Assembly: GCA_002633005.1 (NCBI GenBank)
Contig: NMRA01000323.1
Location: 124,001-188,000 of the forward strand
Direction: 5' to 3'
DNA length: 64,000 bases
From: Phoronis australis
Lineage: Eukaryota; Animalia; Phoronida
Shown here one piece after another: positions 13,422 through 25,930 of the stretch. A program made the position numbers and the translations under genes. Each line of letters opens with the position of its first letter. Within the stretch, counting starts at the first letter, position 1. A model generated the notes under the pieces. It was not told the origin of the DNA and did no database searches. It saw only the letters and a list, made by a program, of their open reading frames with translations.

Positions 13422-14029
13422 GACAGATCACTATGCTGACGATTAGTTTTGGCTTGTATTGCATGTCAAGACGGCATTACTAAGACAGATCAAAACTGTC
13501 ATCATTCATTATCTTCATGTACATTTGTTGTCTACAGAGTTTTAAATGAGACTTTCCCAATGTTAACCTCATTCTGTAAACTAAAGATTTTTCAGAGATC
13601 ATAAGAGTTTCATCAAATGCCAAGATATCTGGGGGGGAAAGGCAGCCACGCAGCCATCCAAGGCTATCATACCAGTCATCCACAGCCGTCCCCCACCAGT
13701 CAGGAGTCGTTCCCCAGCCGTAAGGAGCCATCCTCTAGCTGACCAGAGTAGTTCCCAAGCCATCTTGTAGACATGCAAACATAAACTCTTCAACAAAATC
13801 CTCATCAACTGTAATTATACTCGTCTGGTTCATTCTTTTTGACTGCTCAGCACAAATGTTACTTAATATTTTTGAAGCAGCACAATTATCTCCCCATGAT
13901 TTGCTTTGCCAATAGAGGTCCTCAGTAAGGATACTCCTAAATGAGAACGGTCCAGCTCAGACCCTGGGTAAAATAAAGAATGAGCAATGAATTGCTTATG
14001 ATTTGAAGTTTGTGACTACAAAAGGATAC

Positions 14030-14176
14030 AATGTGCTAAAGGCCTTGCAATGTGCAAACACTCTGCCATCTGGCGCCAGTCAGACAGAGTTGTTGGTAGT
14101 AGCCCAACATCTGGTGGTGGCTCACCGTTGCTCTGGGAGGCTGGAAGTTTCCATGTGCGATACTTCATAGGAGGAG
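14030..14176 (-). CDS. PEX16: PEX16 coding exon 6
   Basis: PPMKYRTWKLP...PTTLSDWRQMAECLHIARPLAH (cf. human IAEFLYIARPLLHL); phase 1->1. Confidence 0.93.
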
Positions 14177-14580
14177 CTTAACAAGGAAAAAATAAGAAAT
14201 GAGTCAAAGTAGAACGACGTCGGTCAGGCCTAAGAGAAAGCAAAATTGGTTCTGGCCTACGCCAGACTCATTTTGAAACAACTGGCATCAGGTGATGTTG
14301 AGAAAAAAAAGAATACGGAGTCATTTCAGCTGGCATGAGATGATGCTGGGGAAAAAAGAGGGATCTCAACTCGTCTTATTGGGCATCAAGGTGATGCTGG
14401 GAAAAAAGATCCCGGCTCATTTCAGCTAACAGTAAGTTACTTTTTTAAACATGGACACATAAAAATACAATCACTGCGTTGATTTTGAAAAAAAAACACA
14501 GATCAGAACCATTTGTCCTAATCGATCTCAAATGTAAGAGCAGTAGTCATATCATTACATTCACAGTCAGTTTTACACAC

Positions 14581-14686
14581 CAGCAGCTAATTTGCGTATG
14601 GTTCGTCCTGACCTCTCCAAGGTCAAGGTCACGCCTCTTTCTGGGAACTCATCTCCCTCAGGGCTGACTGTAGCGGCAGTAATGTC
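14581..14686 (-). CDS. PEX16: PEX16 coding exon 5
   Basis: DITAATVSPEGDEFPERGVTLTLERSGRTIRKLAA (RSGRxxRxL motif); phase 0->1. Confidence 0.9.
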
Positions 14687-16392
14687 CTGAAAACGCATAC
14701 AACATTTAAGTACCTGGGAAGACCAATACCACACAAAAACAATTGCAGAAAACTGTCCGTTGATTTATATTAACATCAATATTTACATCACGGGAATATG
14801 CTAATCGGTGGCTGTAGATTTACCTTATGGTTATTTTTCGTGACAAACTAAGATCAGCCTTATCAATAATAAGAAGGACATGCGGCATGATCTTCAGGTG
14901 TTAGAATACTGAAGCTGGTTTTCCCATAATTTGTAAACTGTTAAAGACGAATTTGCAAGCTCCGAATCATGCTAGTGCATAGCAGGAACTAAACGGCAAT
15001 GCCATTTTAACATAATCAACGCTAAACACAGTGCAGTTGTATTCACTGACAACTTGTAAACGTGAAAACAAAAACATATATGCAAATAGGTGACCTTTGC
15101 ACTAATGATGTGCCTCGCGGGCTCACATAGCCCGCATCATGCAGTGTTATTCCCCAGCAGTACGTCACAATAGTTACTGGACATGGTTCAGTGATTTGTG
15201 GCGGATCATGTTTGCCACAAAACTGCTTCTTAAATACATTTTTGGCAATTTTCAACCTATTTCATATTCACATCGTAACTATATGTTGTGTTTCTAACTA
15301 ATTCGGCCAAGCAATCACAGACACAAGGAATTAGCCTGCAAGTTCCACTTTTGGGAATGGCGATAAATTGCATTTGTGGCCCATGTAACAGCATGCATGA
15401 CCATTTTGTGGCGTTATTCTTGTTTTGTCGTATATCAAACATTGCTGAAATGACAGGTGAGAGATTATGAGATTCTCACCGAGTGGATAACCCTGTTTTG
15501 GAGGGAACGTGCAGATTTTTCACTCAAGCTCCGGTACATTGTGCAGTCATGACCTTTTAAAAAAATGAAAAACTGGGAGTCTTAACCTGCTTTCTTGTTT
15601 TTGGAAAAATGAATTTAGTTGTGATATGTGCTAAACATAAAAGAAAGTTTAAAAATGCTAACAACATGTAGTTTCCTGTCAAAACAAGGTAAATGGTGGT
15701 TTTGAGCACATTAAAGAAACTAGTCCAGCAAGGAACCTACTAGTTTTCCAACAAAGTTGCCGAGTTTGAGGCATTGTTTCATGCGAGTGCGGCAAGATCA
15801 TGCAAATCTCACAACCTTGCTAGCGCACAACAGTAAAATGGCTGCCACTGAAAAGATTGTTCTGTGAGGAAGTAACGTTGAATTATGGGAGAAAGCTGGA
15901 TGCACAGTACAAGATAATTTATTATGTAATCTGACAAAATACCGTTTTCCCCGTCATGATGGCTAATTTTGTGAACATCGAAAATTACAGGTGACAACTA
16001 TTAGGGTGGTAAAATTATACTGACAGAATGGGTCAGCCACCTCACTAACTTTCCTGCCAATTGCCCTTCATTCTTGGTCATGTGGAAAGACTAAGATGAT
16101 GATGAACTTGGCTTCCGCCCAGACATCATGACGGGAAATTACGGGTCATTTTATCTGAAAACGTTTGACTTGTATTGGAAGTACAGGTCTACTAAGTAGT
16201 TCTGTTCCATAAGCCGAGATTTCTCGTCTTGACTCACGAGTCACTAGTCTCACAGAATGCGTCCATGGAAAGAAAAACAGTGAGCTTTTGAGAACTTCAT
16301 GGTTCGTCAATAGAAGAATTTAAATTGAAAGTGCTTCCTCACAGCTGTGTGCAGAGTGTTTTAATCACAAGACTACAGGTTCTCAGACATAC

Positions 16393-16516
16393 TTGAGCAT
16401 TTTCTACATTATCCAGCGGCTTGGGGAGCTCTTTATCCCTGTTAAGATGCTCAACCGAGACGCCAGTCAATATGCCATGCTTCTGCTTGAAGACGAGCAG
16501 ATACCGAATGGCAGTT
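16393..16516 (-). CDS. PEX16: PEX16 coding exon 4
   Basis: TAIRYLLVFKQKHGILTGVSVEHLNRDKEL...; ttttcag acceptor and gtatgt donor; phase 2->0. Confidence 0.92.
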
Positions 16517-16901
16517 CTGAAAAGAGAGAACAACAATTGACTTGAACTGATTTCTTTATGAACAATTATGATACAAAACACAGGTACAGCTCAAAGTACA
16601 ACACAATTAATCATTGACGAAATATCATATCTCCATGCCAAACACCTCAGTGCACAGCAAGTGAACGAGGCCACACCAAAAATTCCACAAATCTGTTCTA
16701 ACCTCGGCTGGCCTCGTCACTCGGAACCCATGTTCTTAAACTGTCGTCCTTCTCTATCTGTCGTCTGCCATACTTTCTTTGACCTCTTTGGTCTGCCATA
16801 CTTTCTTTGACCACTTCCACATATTGGAAGTGAATCAGTGACAGGCATCCTCTCATTGAGCTGAACTACCTGTCATTACCATTTCACACCCCACACCCTG
16901 G

Positions 16902-17067
16902 CAGTGCTGTTGTAGTAAAATCAGAGGTAACTAGGCGCCCAAAGCCCACCATATCACCTTGAGCACTGAACATAACTTATGGTGCGTAGGCGCTACGTTA
17001 AAATGCCAAAAGGTGGTTGGCTGCACCTACGTCCGCCTAAGTTCGCCTACGCCCCACTACAGCACTG
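16902..17067. mobile_element. hAT-type MITE with 8-bp TSD
   Basis: Termini CAGTGCTGT / ACAGCACTG; CACCCTGG duplicated at 16894-16901 and 17068-17075. Confidence 0.8.
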
Positions 17068-17117
17068 CACCCTGGAGACTGCTAATTGAGCTCACAACAA
17101 AACTGGCTGCCAATGAT

Positions 17118-17272
17118 TTGTCACAGTGACAAAATCATCATATTGTCACAGTGACAAAATCATCATATTGTCACAGTGACAAAATCATCATATTGTCACA
17201 GTGACAAAATCATCATATTGTCACAGTGACAAAATCATCATATTGTCACTGTGACAAAATCATCATATTGTC
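17118..17272. repeat. Minisatellite, 25-bp unit x6
   Basis: TTGTCACAGTGACAAAATCATCATA repeated; each unit contains the palindrome TGTCAC-N-GTGACA. Confidence 0.95.
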
Positions 17273-18516
17273 CAGCTACTTTTGGTGTTTATGGGACTCT
17301 CTCAAAGACTTCATTTTCTAAAACTATTAGACAGGTCTGTTTACACCAACCTGAAGATTATTTAAGTAGGAAGTTTTAGTCAGTCTTTTCTCCACTGATC
17401 TTCAAAGGTTGGTCTAAATCAGACCATACGTTTTAGTAAATATTACTAAATCACAACTTCAAGTGGTTTTAGGAATGTTCAACTCAGGGCTTGACATCTG
17501 CAAGTAAATGCTCGAAAATACGATTAATAGAAAAAAAAGTGAAATACAAGTAGAAAATTGACTTTATTAAATTATTATTTGAATGGCACGGACCTGATTT
17601 TTTTTAGTCGTCACTTTTTACTAGACCAAATTTGGGAATACGAGTGGAAAATATGCTGTCACTCATATTTTCGAGCTGGCATTTTTGCCTGCGTCTAGCG
17701 TTATAACTCTGAACCTGCACTATGTAGGAGGTCTATGGTTACACACGTACAGCTGCAGCATCAAAAGTTAACAAAACACAACTACATTTGGAAAGGAATT
17801 TGTATTTCCTAGCCAGAAAGGCTTTAGTTCAGTAAACAGACAGCAACAAAAGTTTTAGAATTTGATGAAGTATTGTAAAAATTAAAACCAACTCTTGCCA
17901 AAACTACCACACTGTTTGTCACCTTCACGATGTTCAAAATTTAAGATGCAGCATTCCAGGTATTAGTATTTAAAACAACAATTGACTAATTTTGTCCAAA
18001 CCGTTTTTAAAATAGTCATGACTACAGATACCTCGAAAATTGTGAAGACAGTAGCAAATAATTCATTTGTCTGGTGAATAATTACAGAATTTGTTATTAT
18101 TTGAGAAATTTTGTTAAATTTTCAACAATAAGATGTTTTCCAACTTTTTCGAAACAGCTAAAGGCAGCTGCAACCATAAAATTGGCGTTTATAAATTGGT
18201 CCTTCACACAAACAAATACAGCAATAAGGTGTAAACTAGAATTAGGTTTTTTCTCCTTTCGTGACTGACTACGAAATAAGAGGGCGACTCGGAACGTCTT
18301 CTTCAGTTGGTAAAGTTGACGAGAATTCGGTAATTGTAAATACGCCATATTCATAGCAAAAAATGAGTGCGCTCTGACGGCACAGTGAAAAATGGAAAAT
18401 TACAATATTTATCCATCAACCTACCCATGTCCGAGCAGTAAGGGTAGGACTAAAGGAAACAAAACATTTTACGAGTAGCCTAACTGAAAATATTATGATC
18501 GTTGATACTGACATAC

Positions 18517-18650
18517 TTTACAAGTTGGATACACGTGACGACAATCCACTTTCCAGTGACACCCCAAAGTCTGGAGGCAGCCAACTCGAAGAAGACTTCA
18601 CTGTAATCAAGAACTGTCATCCACATTTGTAACCTATGAGTTGTCTCCTC
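18517..18650 (-). CDS. PEX16: PEX16 coding exon 3
   Basis: EETTHRLQMWMTVLDYSEVFFELAASRLWGVTGKWIVVTCIQLVK; phase 0->2. Confidence 0.95.
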
Positions 18651-18901
18651 CTGTGAAATCAAAACACGCCAATCCAAGATATGCAATTATGAAATTACAG
18701 TTATTAACTTTCAACCTTCGTGAAGTTTTGCCAGGTTTCACAACATAGCTTAACTTGAACTGCTCCTTGTTTACCCTATGATTTCAAAACTATATTTTTG
18801 AATCCTCCATAACTAAAAAATCTGAATCCATTACCTAAACATACTTATATCTATAACTATTTTAATTAACTGTACTTGTCACTATAACGAATAAATATAA
18901 T

Positions 18902-20309
18902 ACAATAATATAATACAACGAGTATAATACAATAAATACCATACACACAATTACTCATAATCACTTGACGGCCATTTTCATGAAAAGAACAATTCTTTGC
19001 TTTCAGCAAGAATTTCTATTAAAAAACTTAAATCACAGGCAACTCCATCTTTGAACTATTTACGGACTAAAAGCAGGAAATGCTGACTGAGATTTTTCAC
19101 TTTCTGCCAAGCAATGGCCAAAGAAATTTCAGTCATTAAAAAGTCTATTTCTAAGGTTACGTGTACCCCTAATTAAAAGGTTGTCTTTTTCTTGAAATAT
19201 CTAAATAACAAGCAACTGTCAAAACATGAAACAAGGAATCAAGACACATCTATTCACATCATTCACAACGCTGTGCCATTCTGATGGTCACGTGACCATG
19301 CGTTTTAGGCAAAAATGTCGTTTTTTGAAAGGCACTTTGATATTGAGAAAGTCCTTACACCAGCATTCTCCAAATTTTCCATATCAAAACTTTGACAAAA
19401 ATGGTCAAAAACCAGTCTGGGATTTTCCATAGTTGGTGTAACATAATTGTTAATGGTATTTTTTTCGGAAATAGTACATGTAACCTTAAAGCAACGCNGT
19501 CGGATCCGTCCGAAAGTTCACACATGCCGTCCCATTCATGAATGGAACATATGTGCCAAATTTCATGAACGTATGTCAAAGGGTTTTGGAGATAGAGCAG
19601 CGGACGCCGGACGCCAGACGCCGAACGGACGCCGCCCGGACGGACGGACGGACGGACAGACGGACAGAGATGACGGCATAATGCGTCCACATATAAATAT
19701 GTGGGCGCATAACAATAATATAATACAATGAATATAATACAATAAATACCATACACACAATTACTCATAATCACTTGACGGCCATTTTCATGAAAAGAAC
19801 AATTCTTTGCTTTCAGCAAGAATTTCTGTTAAAAAACTTAAATCACAGGCAACTCCATCTTTGAACTATTTACGGACTAAAAGCAGGAAATGCTGACTGA
19901 GATTTTTTACTTGATGCCAAACAATGGCCAAAGAAATTTCAGTCATTAAAAAGTCTATTTCTAAGGTTACGTTCGGTGTACCCCTAATTAAAAGGTCTTT
20001 TTCTTGAAATATCTAAATAACAAGCAACTGTCAAAACATGAAACAAGGAATCAAGACACATCTATTCACATCATTCACAACGCTGTGCCATTCTGATGGT
20101 CACGTGACCATGCGTTTTAGGCAAAAATGTCATTTTTTGAAAGGCACTTTGATATTGAGAAAGTCCTTACACCAGCATTCTCCAAATTTTCCATATCAAA
20201 ACTTTGACAAAAATGGTCAAAAACCAGTCTGGGATTTTCCATAGTTGGTGTAACATAATTGTTAATGGTATTTTTTTCGGAAATAGTACATGTAACCTTA
20301 AAGCAACGC
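18902..20309. repeat. ~600-bp direct duplication around an N (19498) with a HINE-like fragment between the copies; likely haplotype duplication
   Basis: 18902-19497 is near-identical to 19712-20309. Confidence 0.85.
19499..19711 (-). mobile_element. 5' end of a HINE (Helentron-associated/pearl-like) element
   Basis: Reverse complement of the head seen at 51058 (ATGCGCCCACATATTTATATGTGGACGCAT) plus a (GACG)n microsatellite. Confidence 0.75.
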
Positions 20310-21116
20310 ATGAATTATTAGTTACGCACAGCCCATATCCCCACTGTTTCAACACATTATCAAAAATCAGAAAAGTGAAGTGATATACACGCTGAAGAGG
20401 AGCTGGTATTCAAAACTTTCAAAAGTGTTAAAAATCGAAATGCCCGAAAGTGGCTCACACGAAGTCAAACTCAACCGAGACGTCCCGAACAACTTGCTTA
20501 CTAAAGCATAAATAGAGACGAAAAAGATTTTATAAATGAGATCTGGATATTGAATGTTTGGACAAAATTATAACGAAGGTTGTTAATTACATTTAGTAGA
20601 TAATCACATTCCACCTTTCATACCTCACAGTTGGTACATGATAATTGTAGAAATTCTTCACACAATTGGCTAACACGCCGAATTTTAATTTGTCAAATTT
20701 CTCAACAAAAAAATTAGAATTTTTCATGAAAACTGACCATTTTGTCATTTTTAGAGTGGAATAACCTTACAGCAGATGTAGTGAGTGCGCTCATGAACAT
20801 AATGTTCGGTTCTCACGATGCCATACAAATTTTTCGATCGATACAGAATCTATTCAACTTGAGAAACCTTACAAACCAAAGACGTGGCTTCAAAAGGAAA
20901 TCCATGGACCTATATAAGGATTTTTTGACTGTAGGCTGATGGGACTATATATTGACTGGCTTGTTTGCAGCAAATCCTGACAGTAAACACCATAAAAACC
21001 AAGTCAGTATACAGCAGCGCATTTCAGTCCCAAAATACCCACATCCACTGATCTACGCTGTTCCTAACACCAAGTAGATTGATTCTGTCACAAAAAAAAA
21101 ACAAACAAACACCTAC

Positions 21117-21235
21117 TGTGACCACTTTTGGTTTGATATTATAGGCTGAGCGGAGTATCCCATCATTAACCAGTACCCACAGATTGGACGCACAGTACAC
21201 CATCTCTGAAAGCACCCCAGACGACTCCAACCGTC
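21117..21235 (-). CDS. PEX16: PEX16 coding exon 2
   Basis: GRLESSGVLSEMVYCASNLWVLVNDGILR matches human [21 protein letters not shown]; phase 1->0. Confidence 0.96.
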
Positions 21236-22680
21236 CTGAAATATCAATTCAAAGCTGCATTGTATAAACCAAAACAACTTGCCTCTTACCATCCCCCTAC
21301 ATAGCAAACGGGTGATGTTCGTGTTAGGAAGAGCTAGTTTTTACTCCATGAGAGATTCATAAAAATACCAAACAAGCAATCAGGAAGGGAATGGCCATCA
21401 ATGCCGAACAGAAATCACTCTCATAGGCAACATGTCACCCGCTCTAGTGTCATAGAGGCGACAAAACTCCCTCACCTACCAATTAATAGTACAAGTCCCG
21501 TGTATTTTAAATGTTGGTAACCGAATCTAGACAGCAAAATCATTATTTTTAGCATGTCAAAAAACAATTTACACTAACTTAAAAATGATAGAACATTTTT
21601 AAGTGTTTACTTTCTTTAACTGCAACTCTTTTTGAGTTTTCAAAGTCATGTTTTTCTTTCAGGTATTACAGGTATTACAGGTTTTTCTTCCTTAATTTTT
21701 GCAGAATATTTCACTCTGGTTTACTTGAAGCTTTTATTAAATTATTCAAAGCAGCATTAAACTAGTACTTTTTGTCACAAAACAAATATTGATTTAGGCC
21801 ATGCTGGTTAATAAAACAGGGCAAAATGTAGCTTTAATTCTACTAACCTTTTACAAACAGCGACTCTTCATTAAGCTGTGTTTTTATATTGTCATACATA
21901 GCTATAGCTATCGTAGTTTGCTAAAATTTTAACATGAAAGAGTGAAGCATCTGGATTTATGCAACGTGTCTCTCCTACTTTACCAAGCACTATAGTATGT
22001 TCCATTTCGGTGACAGTATCAGTCACCTACTTTGAATCTAGACCTTAGTAACGCAAGGAGCAAATTTGTGCGTGAACAAGAGGGGACATATGATACCACC
22101 TGTCCCGCGCAGTGTTAAAAATGCATGCCAGCTTCCGATTGTGGGAACTGAACGAAGGACTGCTTGAAGAAAAAGTTTGATAACGGGAGTATTTGTTCGA
22201 ATTGGAAGGAATTAAGACATCGACGGCCTGCTAAACTAAGGTGTCCCTCTATGCGCATAATAACAAGGTGACTTTCATGTTTTAGCCAGTGTGAAGCATA
22301 ATTTTCCGAAAAGGTTTCAGCATATGAAGCGCCTATAGGAGCTACACCATCTCTACTGAGCCAAGTATAGACGGTGGTCACTGTCAGAATGTCACTGCAA
22401 ACAGAGAGGCTTACAATTACCTGCTTTTAAAGTGACTTTTGATTTTTTAATCAGCATGAGGCATAATTCGGCTAAAAGCTTTCCGGCGTATGAAGCACGT
22501 ATAGGAGCTTCATTGTCAGTCTAATCAGCCTCGGAAATATTGTGATTAGTGTAAACTTCTTTGGTCCTAGACATCAGTTGATGAATTGTTCTGAAACTTT
22601 TTTATTGCACTGAGTTTCAGTTTCATTCTCCAAAAAAATTCACATTCTGTAAACTAATTGTACCTTATCTTGTTACTAAC

Positions 22681-22807
22681 CAGCAAATAAATACGAAAAC
22701 ATCCGTACTGTAGACTCTGCCTGCGACATTACATCAGCATGGACAGCAACGTATTTCCGATACCGTTCCAAAACATCCCTCACGCACTGCCTTACGTTGT
22801 CGGCCAT
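22681..22807 (-). CDS. PEX16: PEX16 coding exon 1 (peroxisomal membrane protein PEX16; spliced CDS 1077 nt, 358 aa)
   Basis: MADNVRQCVRDVLERYRKYVAVHADVMSQAESTVRMFSYLFA resembles the PEX16 N-terminus (RYQEYV...ETAVRGFSYLLAG). AAAATGGCCG start context and gttagt donor. Confidence 0.95.
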
Positions 22808-23180
22808 TTTTCTAGCATGTAAACTTGTAAACAATCGGAAGATGGCGCTTCCTATCAAGGAGACAAAATATTTTCTTTTTTCTGAGATAACTTTGATGAG
22901 ATAACTACATTCCTAACAACTTTGTCGGCGTCAAAGTTTCAGTGTAAACAATGACATTATTTATTAGTGCCAAAAATGATTTTTCTTTGTTCTTGATCGA
23001 ACAAATCAACATTAAAACGAATTCTTCTCACGAAGGTTATTTGTTTCGTGTGACCTCAAAAGTTCACGTTTGACAAGTGATCGTCGGACTCGCTGTTGCT
23101 TCTGAATGTGAAAGCGAAGTTTTATGAGATTATCCGGGTGATGTTACCTCGTCTATTTTTCCCATTTGCGGTTGGTACTT
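22800..23180. promoter_or_regulatory. Probable bidirectional promoter (PEX16 on minus, LARGE or another transcript on plus)
   Basis: AAAATGGCCG on minus at the PEX16 ATG, and CGGAAGATGGCG (ETS plus YY1-like) on plus at ~22836-22847. Confidence 0.45.
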
Positions 23181-23608
23181 CATATTTTATTTATACAGTA
23201 ACGTTGTGCATATAGTGTTATGTGTTGTATAGTTATTCAACGACTTTAGCTGAAGCTCTCGGGCTGTAGGCCTATTCGCCCTATTGAGTATTGTATGTCT
23301 ATAATTTTCTTGTCACATGTGTCACTTTGTCAGCCACCGCGGTGACAGGCAGCTGAGTCACGTCATCAGATGTTCATCTTGACTCATTTTGTACAATAGA
23401 TTGACCATTGTTGACAGAAATGTGAATGAGACTGATATTGAGACTGAAATTTAAGCTTGTATAGTTGTATATTAATTGTTCCTTTTATGGCCATGTGAGT
23501 ATTTAAACAGACACAGAGGCAACCAACCGGTTACCAACCCCCTGTAACAATGTTCCAGGGATATTCCTGGATAGGCAATTACATTGTCCCGGATGCTGCA
23601 GGCATTAA

Positions 23609-25292
23609 AGGAGAATGCCACCGGATTTAATTAGTCTTTTTTACCGTCTTAATCGGTCTATATCCACATCGCCTCTTATACGGTCAACCTCACCTTGCCG
23701 AGAGGTGTTGCGTTAACCTGTGAGGAAGGTGAGAAACGACGCAGCAACGTCAGTGGTTCGTCTTCAGAATGAATTCCGCTATATTGTGGTGCATTGTTCC
23801 TGCTTGTCCGAACTAAGAAGCTGCGAAGAAAGCGGGTATATCGTTTTTCCGACTTTCTTGAGAGCCCGAAATGCTTAGGAAGTGGCTCGCGGTAGTGAAG
23901 AATGAAAGGTACACTGTTTATAGCAAGTATGAGGCCGTCAAACATCTCCATGTCTGTGGCCGGCATTTCGTCTACAGTGATTTCTCTGACAAATTCCGGC
24001 TTACCAAAGAACTATCTATACGTTCTGTTGCTTGTGCATGTTCACAGCGCCTCTCTAGTATTTCTTGATCAGCGTATTCTGGTTTGAACTGATGGCATGT
24101 GAAGTCTTCGTCAAATGAGCTCTTGACTGAGTCGGGATTGGCGCCGTGCGAGTTGCCATGTAGAGGTTTATTATTCTGTTTCAAAATGATTTATTCTCAT
24201 CCTAACCAATGCTTATATGAAAGTTCAAACTGAAACCAAGCCTGTTTCATTAGTTACAATTTGTAATGCCTTCGCAGTATTCGTGAGTGCAAATGTTGAG
24301 AAGCCAGCAATGAATAAACCACTGCATTACCGGCTTTTGATGCCGGCAACAAACGTAATTGATCGGGCACCGAGGCCGTGTGAGCGCATGCTAATTCAGT
24401 GTTTGCTGACAGAAAGCTGTGGTGAAACAACTACTCGATTTTATGTGCTATGGTCACATGTTAGGGGAATCTTTATTTAGAAATACAAATACATTATTCA
24501 AATCATTGTTACTGTATAACCTTTGCCTTAACGGTGAGTGAAAGGGGAACCCGACTTCGCGGCCCCCGACATGTAAGTAGATTTTCAGTTTCGTGGCTAA
24601 TTCTCATAAATAATGACGTGCACATTATTTCTTTGGCTCACTATTATATTATAGTCTTTTCGTGTCTGCGAGGTTTAGTTTCCAACTAAAGCTGGTTTAT
24701 GTTCGTGCCAGTCACGGCGGCCGCGACGGGCTTGATCGGGTTCCGAGCCTCTGGCCGGGATAACGAGTCAGTTCGGCCGTGACGCCGGGCCTAGTGATCA
24801 GGTTCCGAGCCACTGGTCGGGATAACAAGCGTTTTGTGTATTTAGAACACAGATCTAGGTTCTCCTGTCTGTATTTTATGGAAGAATTCTTCGAATTTAT
24901 CTGCGAACAGACCCCAAACTCCTGCTACGGACCTTGGTAAATTGGCCTGCCAGACTTTGTAGGCTACGGTGTGTCCAATTACCAGTAAATCCATAACAGC
25001 GAAATAAAACAACACATTTTTATAAGAACTCAGTTTATTTTTAAGGTTTTACATCGAAGTTTGATTATTTATTGGTGTTAAACGTTGAATTCAAGCGATA
25101 AGCTGACACCACTAATCCGTGTTGTGAACTGCTGAACAGACTGCGTGTGAAACCAATTACGTCATTGGATAATTTCGAAACCTCCGTCTGCCGTCAGGTG
25201 TCAGGTAACGCAACCGAACGTGCCGTTATTGAGTAGAACTACTCTATCTAAATTGATACAAAACAGGTTGTGTTTTTAGGTGGCATTCTCCT
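23609..25292 (+). mobile_element. Kolobok-like non-autonomous DNA transposon with a decayed THAP domain
   Basis: Perfect 14-bp TIR AGGAGAATGCCACC / GGTGGCATTCTCCT, flanked by TTAA on both sides, with an internal THAP remnant. Confidence 0.8.
23769..24068 (+). pseudogene. Disrupted THAP zinc-finger coding remnant
   Basis: MNSAILWCIVPACPN*EAAKKAGISFFRLS*EPEMLRKWL...HVCGRHF shows the C2CH THAP signature with two in-frame stops. Confidence 0.75.
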
Positions 25293-25715
25293 TTAATATT
25301 CTGCGAAGGCAATTTAGAATCATCATCCAATAAGATCTATGCAATCACTGCCATCGGACAATGTTTCTGAGACACTGAGGGCATTCTCAACACTGTTAAA
25401 AGACTTAAAAAAAGGAAAAAAACCGTCTTCGGTAATAAATGGTATCTGATAGTGGTTGGATTTTACGGTACTTTTCTAGCAAGATGCAAGCTAGGTCTGA
25501 CATCAGGTGATGACATCAACATGACTCAAAGTTTAATAACCATTCGCAGGGCTGGGAATTTTCCTTTCCTCTTATTTGGTATCCAATTTCCCTTTTTTCA
25601 ATTCTTTTTATCATTATTTTGACTTTATTCATGCAAAAACGTTACAGTTAAATTTTACAATACAAATGTTCTACCACACAAGCCTATTTATTTGTGGTAC
25701 AATACACCAGCTGTT

Positions 25716-25930
25716 ATTCTGTAGTCATGAACTGGTTCTCAAAGTTTCAAAGTTTGAGAACCGTTTATTCCCTGCTATTCATAGTCATGAACTGGTTCTC
25801 AAAGTTTCAAAGTTTGAGAACCGTTTATTCCCTGCTATTCATAGTCATGAACTGGTTCTCAAAGTTTCAAAGTTTGAGAACCGTTTATTCCCTGCTATTC
25901 TTAGTCATGAACTGGTTCCCAAAGTTTCAG
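25716..25930. repeat. Tandem repeat, 60-bp unit x~3.5
   Basis: TAGTCATGAACTGGTTCTCAAAGTTTCAAAGTTTGAGAACCG... recurs every 60 bp and has an internal hairpin (GGTTCTCAAA / TTTGAGAACC). Confidence 0.95.

Noticed and set aside
13480-13963. Exon-like, Trp/Gly-rich ORFs in PEX16 intron 6
   Set aside because: No PEX16 similarity, in-phase entry hits early stops, and exon 6 joins exon 7 cleanly without them.
17118-17272. CRISPR-like palindromic repeat array
   Set aside because: There are no unique spacers and no cas genes, and the context is eukaryotic; it is a minisatellite.
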